In this document: one piece after another, positions 63,742 to 64,000 of the stretch
How positions within the stretch are numbered: position 1 is the first letter of the stretch
How the letters are laid out: every line of letters starts with the position of its first letter
DNA from: an uncultured Alphaproteobacteria bacterium
GTDB taxonomy: Bacteria; Pseudomonadota; Alphaproteobacteria; Rs-D84
Assembly: GCA_944389235.1 (NCBI GenBank)
Contig: CALXLO010000002.1
Location: 54,327 to 118,326, forward strand
Direction of reading: 5' to 3'
DNA length: 64,000 bases
The notes under the pieces: model-generated
What the model was told of the DNA's origin: nothing
The model's input: only the letters and a program-made list of their open reading frames with translations
Databases searched by the model: none
Translations under genes and position numbers: made by a program

Positions 63742-63882
63742 ATTTTTGCCCCCTTTGGCATACAATAGAAATATAATCATAATTATTTCGCATATTCAAT
63801 ATATAAAAAACAACTGTTGAATTTTATATGTTTCTTTATTATAATATTATAGACATAAGTTTTTAGCGAGGGAGGGAAAAAC

Positions 63883-64000
63883 ATGCCAAGGTCCAAGAAA
63901 ACTGAAACAAAACAATCCGTGCGTGCCAAACCGGTGCGTTCGCGTCGTTCACATACAAATTTAGTCGCAGCATCTGTTCAGCGATTATATAATAAAAGTG
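63883..64000 (+). CDS. 5' end of an unknown basic protein; continues past the window end
   Basis: RBS gggaggg upstream of the ATG at 63883. Open to the window edge (MPRSKKTETKQSVRAKPVRSRRSH...). Confidence 0.35.
   Translation, partial: MPRSKKTETKQSVRAKPVRSRRSHTNLVAASVQRLYNKS

Overview
This 64-kb chromosomal window comes from a fairly AT-rich Gram-negative bacterium. It is probably an alphaproteobacterium. That is an inference from a CcrM-type adenine methyltransferase, the nrdR/ccrM/clpPX neighbourhood and extended L28/L9 proteins. A pyruvate:ferredoxin oxidoreductase suggests an anaerobic lifestyle.

Most of the window is housekeeping: rpsF-rpsR-rplI, recO, pgk, rnhB, slt, nrdR, ccrM, clpP, clpX, clpB, rpmB, rpsU, polA, pth, rpsB-tsf, tyrS, an envC-like gene, ctpA, bamE, rfbCD and three tRNAs. 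Envelope loci are interleaved with these:
- an alpha-2-macroglobulin/pbpC operon
- an S8 autotransporter
- several beta-barrel outer-membrane proteins
- a MotA/MotB-like pair

The unusual content is a set of signal-peptide-bearing, cysteine-rich proteins that I cannot assign to a known family. Several layers of apparent variation machinery are attached to them:
1. A perfect 365-bp inverted repeat (2619-2983 and 3692-4056) brackets a 708-bp segment. The segment carries two alternative, homologous 3' coding ends separated by a palindromic bidirectional terminator. This is the architecture of an inversion-driven C-terminal cassette switch, as in the phage Mu G segment or a shufflon.
2. A roughly 180-nt structured RNA leader (or sRNA) occurs in three copies, at about 8.6, 12.6 and 21.9 kb. 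It has its own -10 box, covarying hairpins and mutually exclusive antiterminator/terminator pairings.
3. Two inverted paralogues with near-identical 3' ends flank a 13-kb housekeeping block, and one of them is frameshifted twice.

An orphan small serine recombinase at 44.6 kb is the only candidate invertase in the window. Other accessory items are:
- a Fic-fold protein with a degenerate active-site motif, translationally coupled to an APH-like kinase
- a protein of 20-residue leucine-rich repeats
- a divergent stand-alone ClpP-like protein
- a tRNA-Leu whose anticodon reads AAG

All calls come from reading the sequence and the ORF track. No database searches were run.
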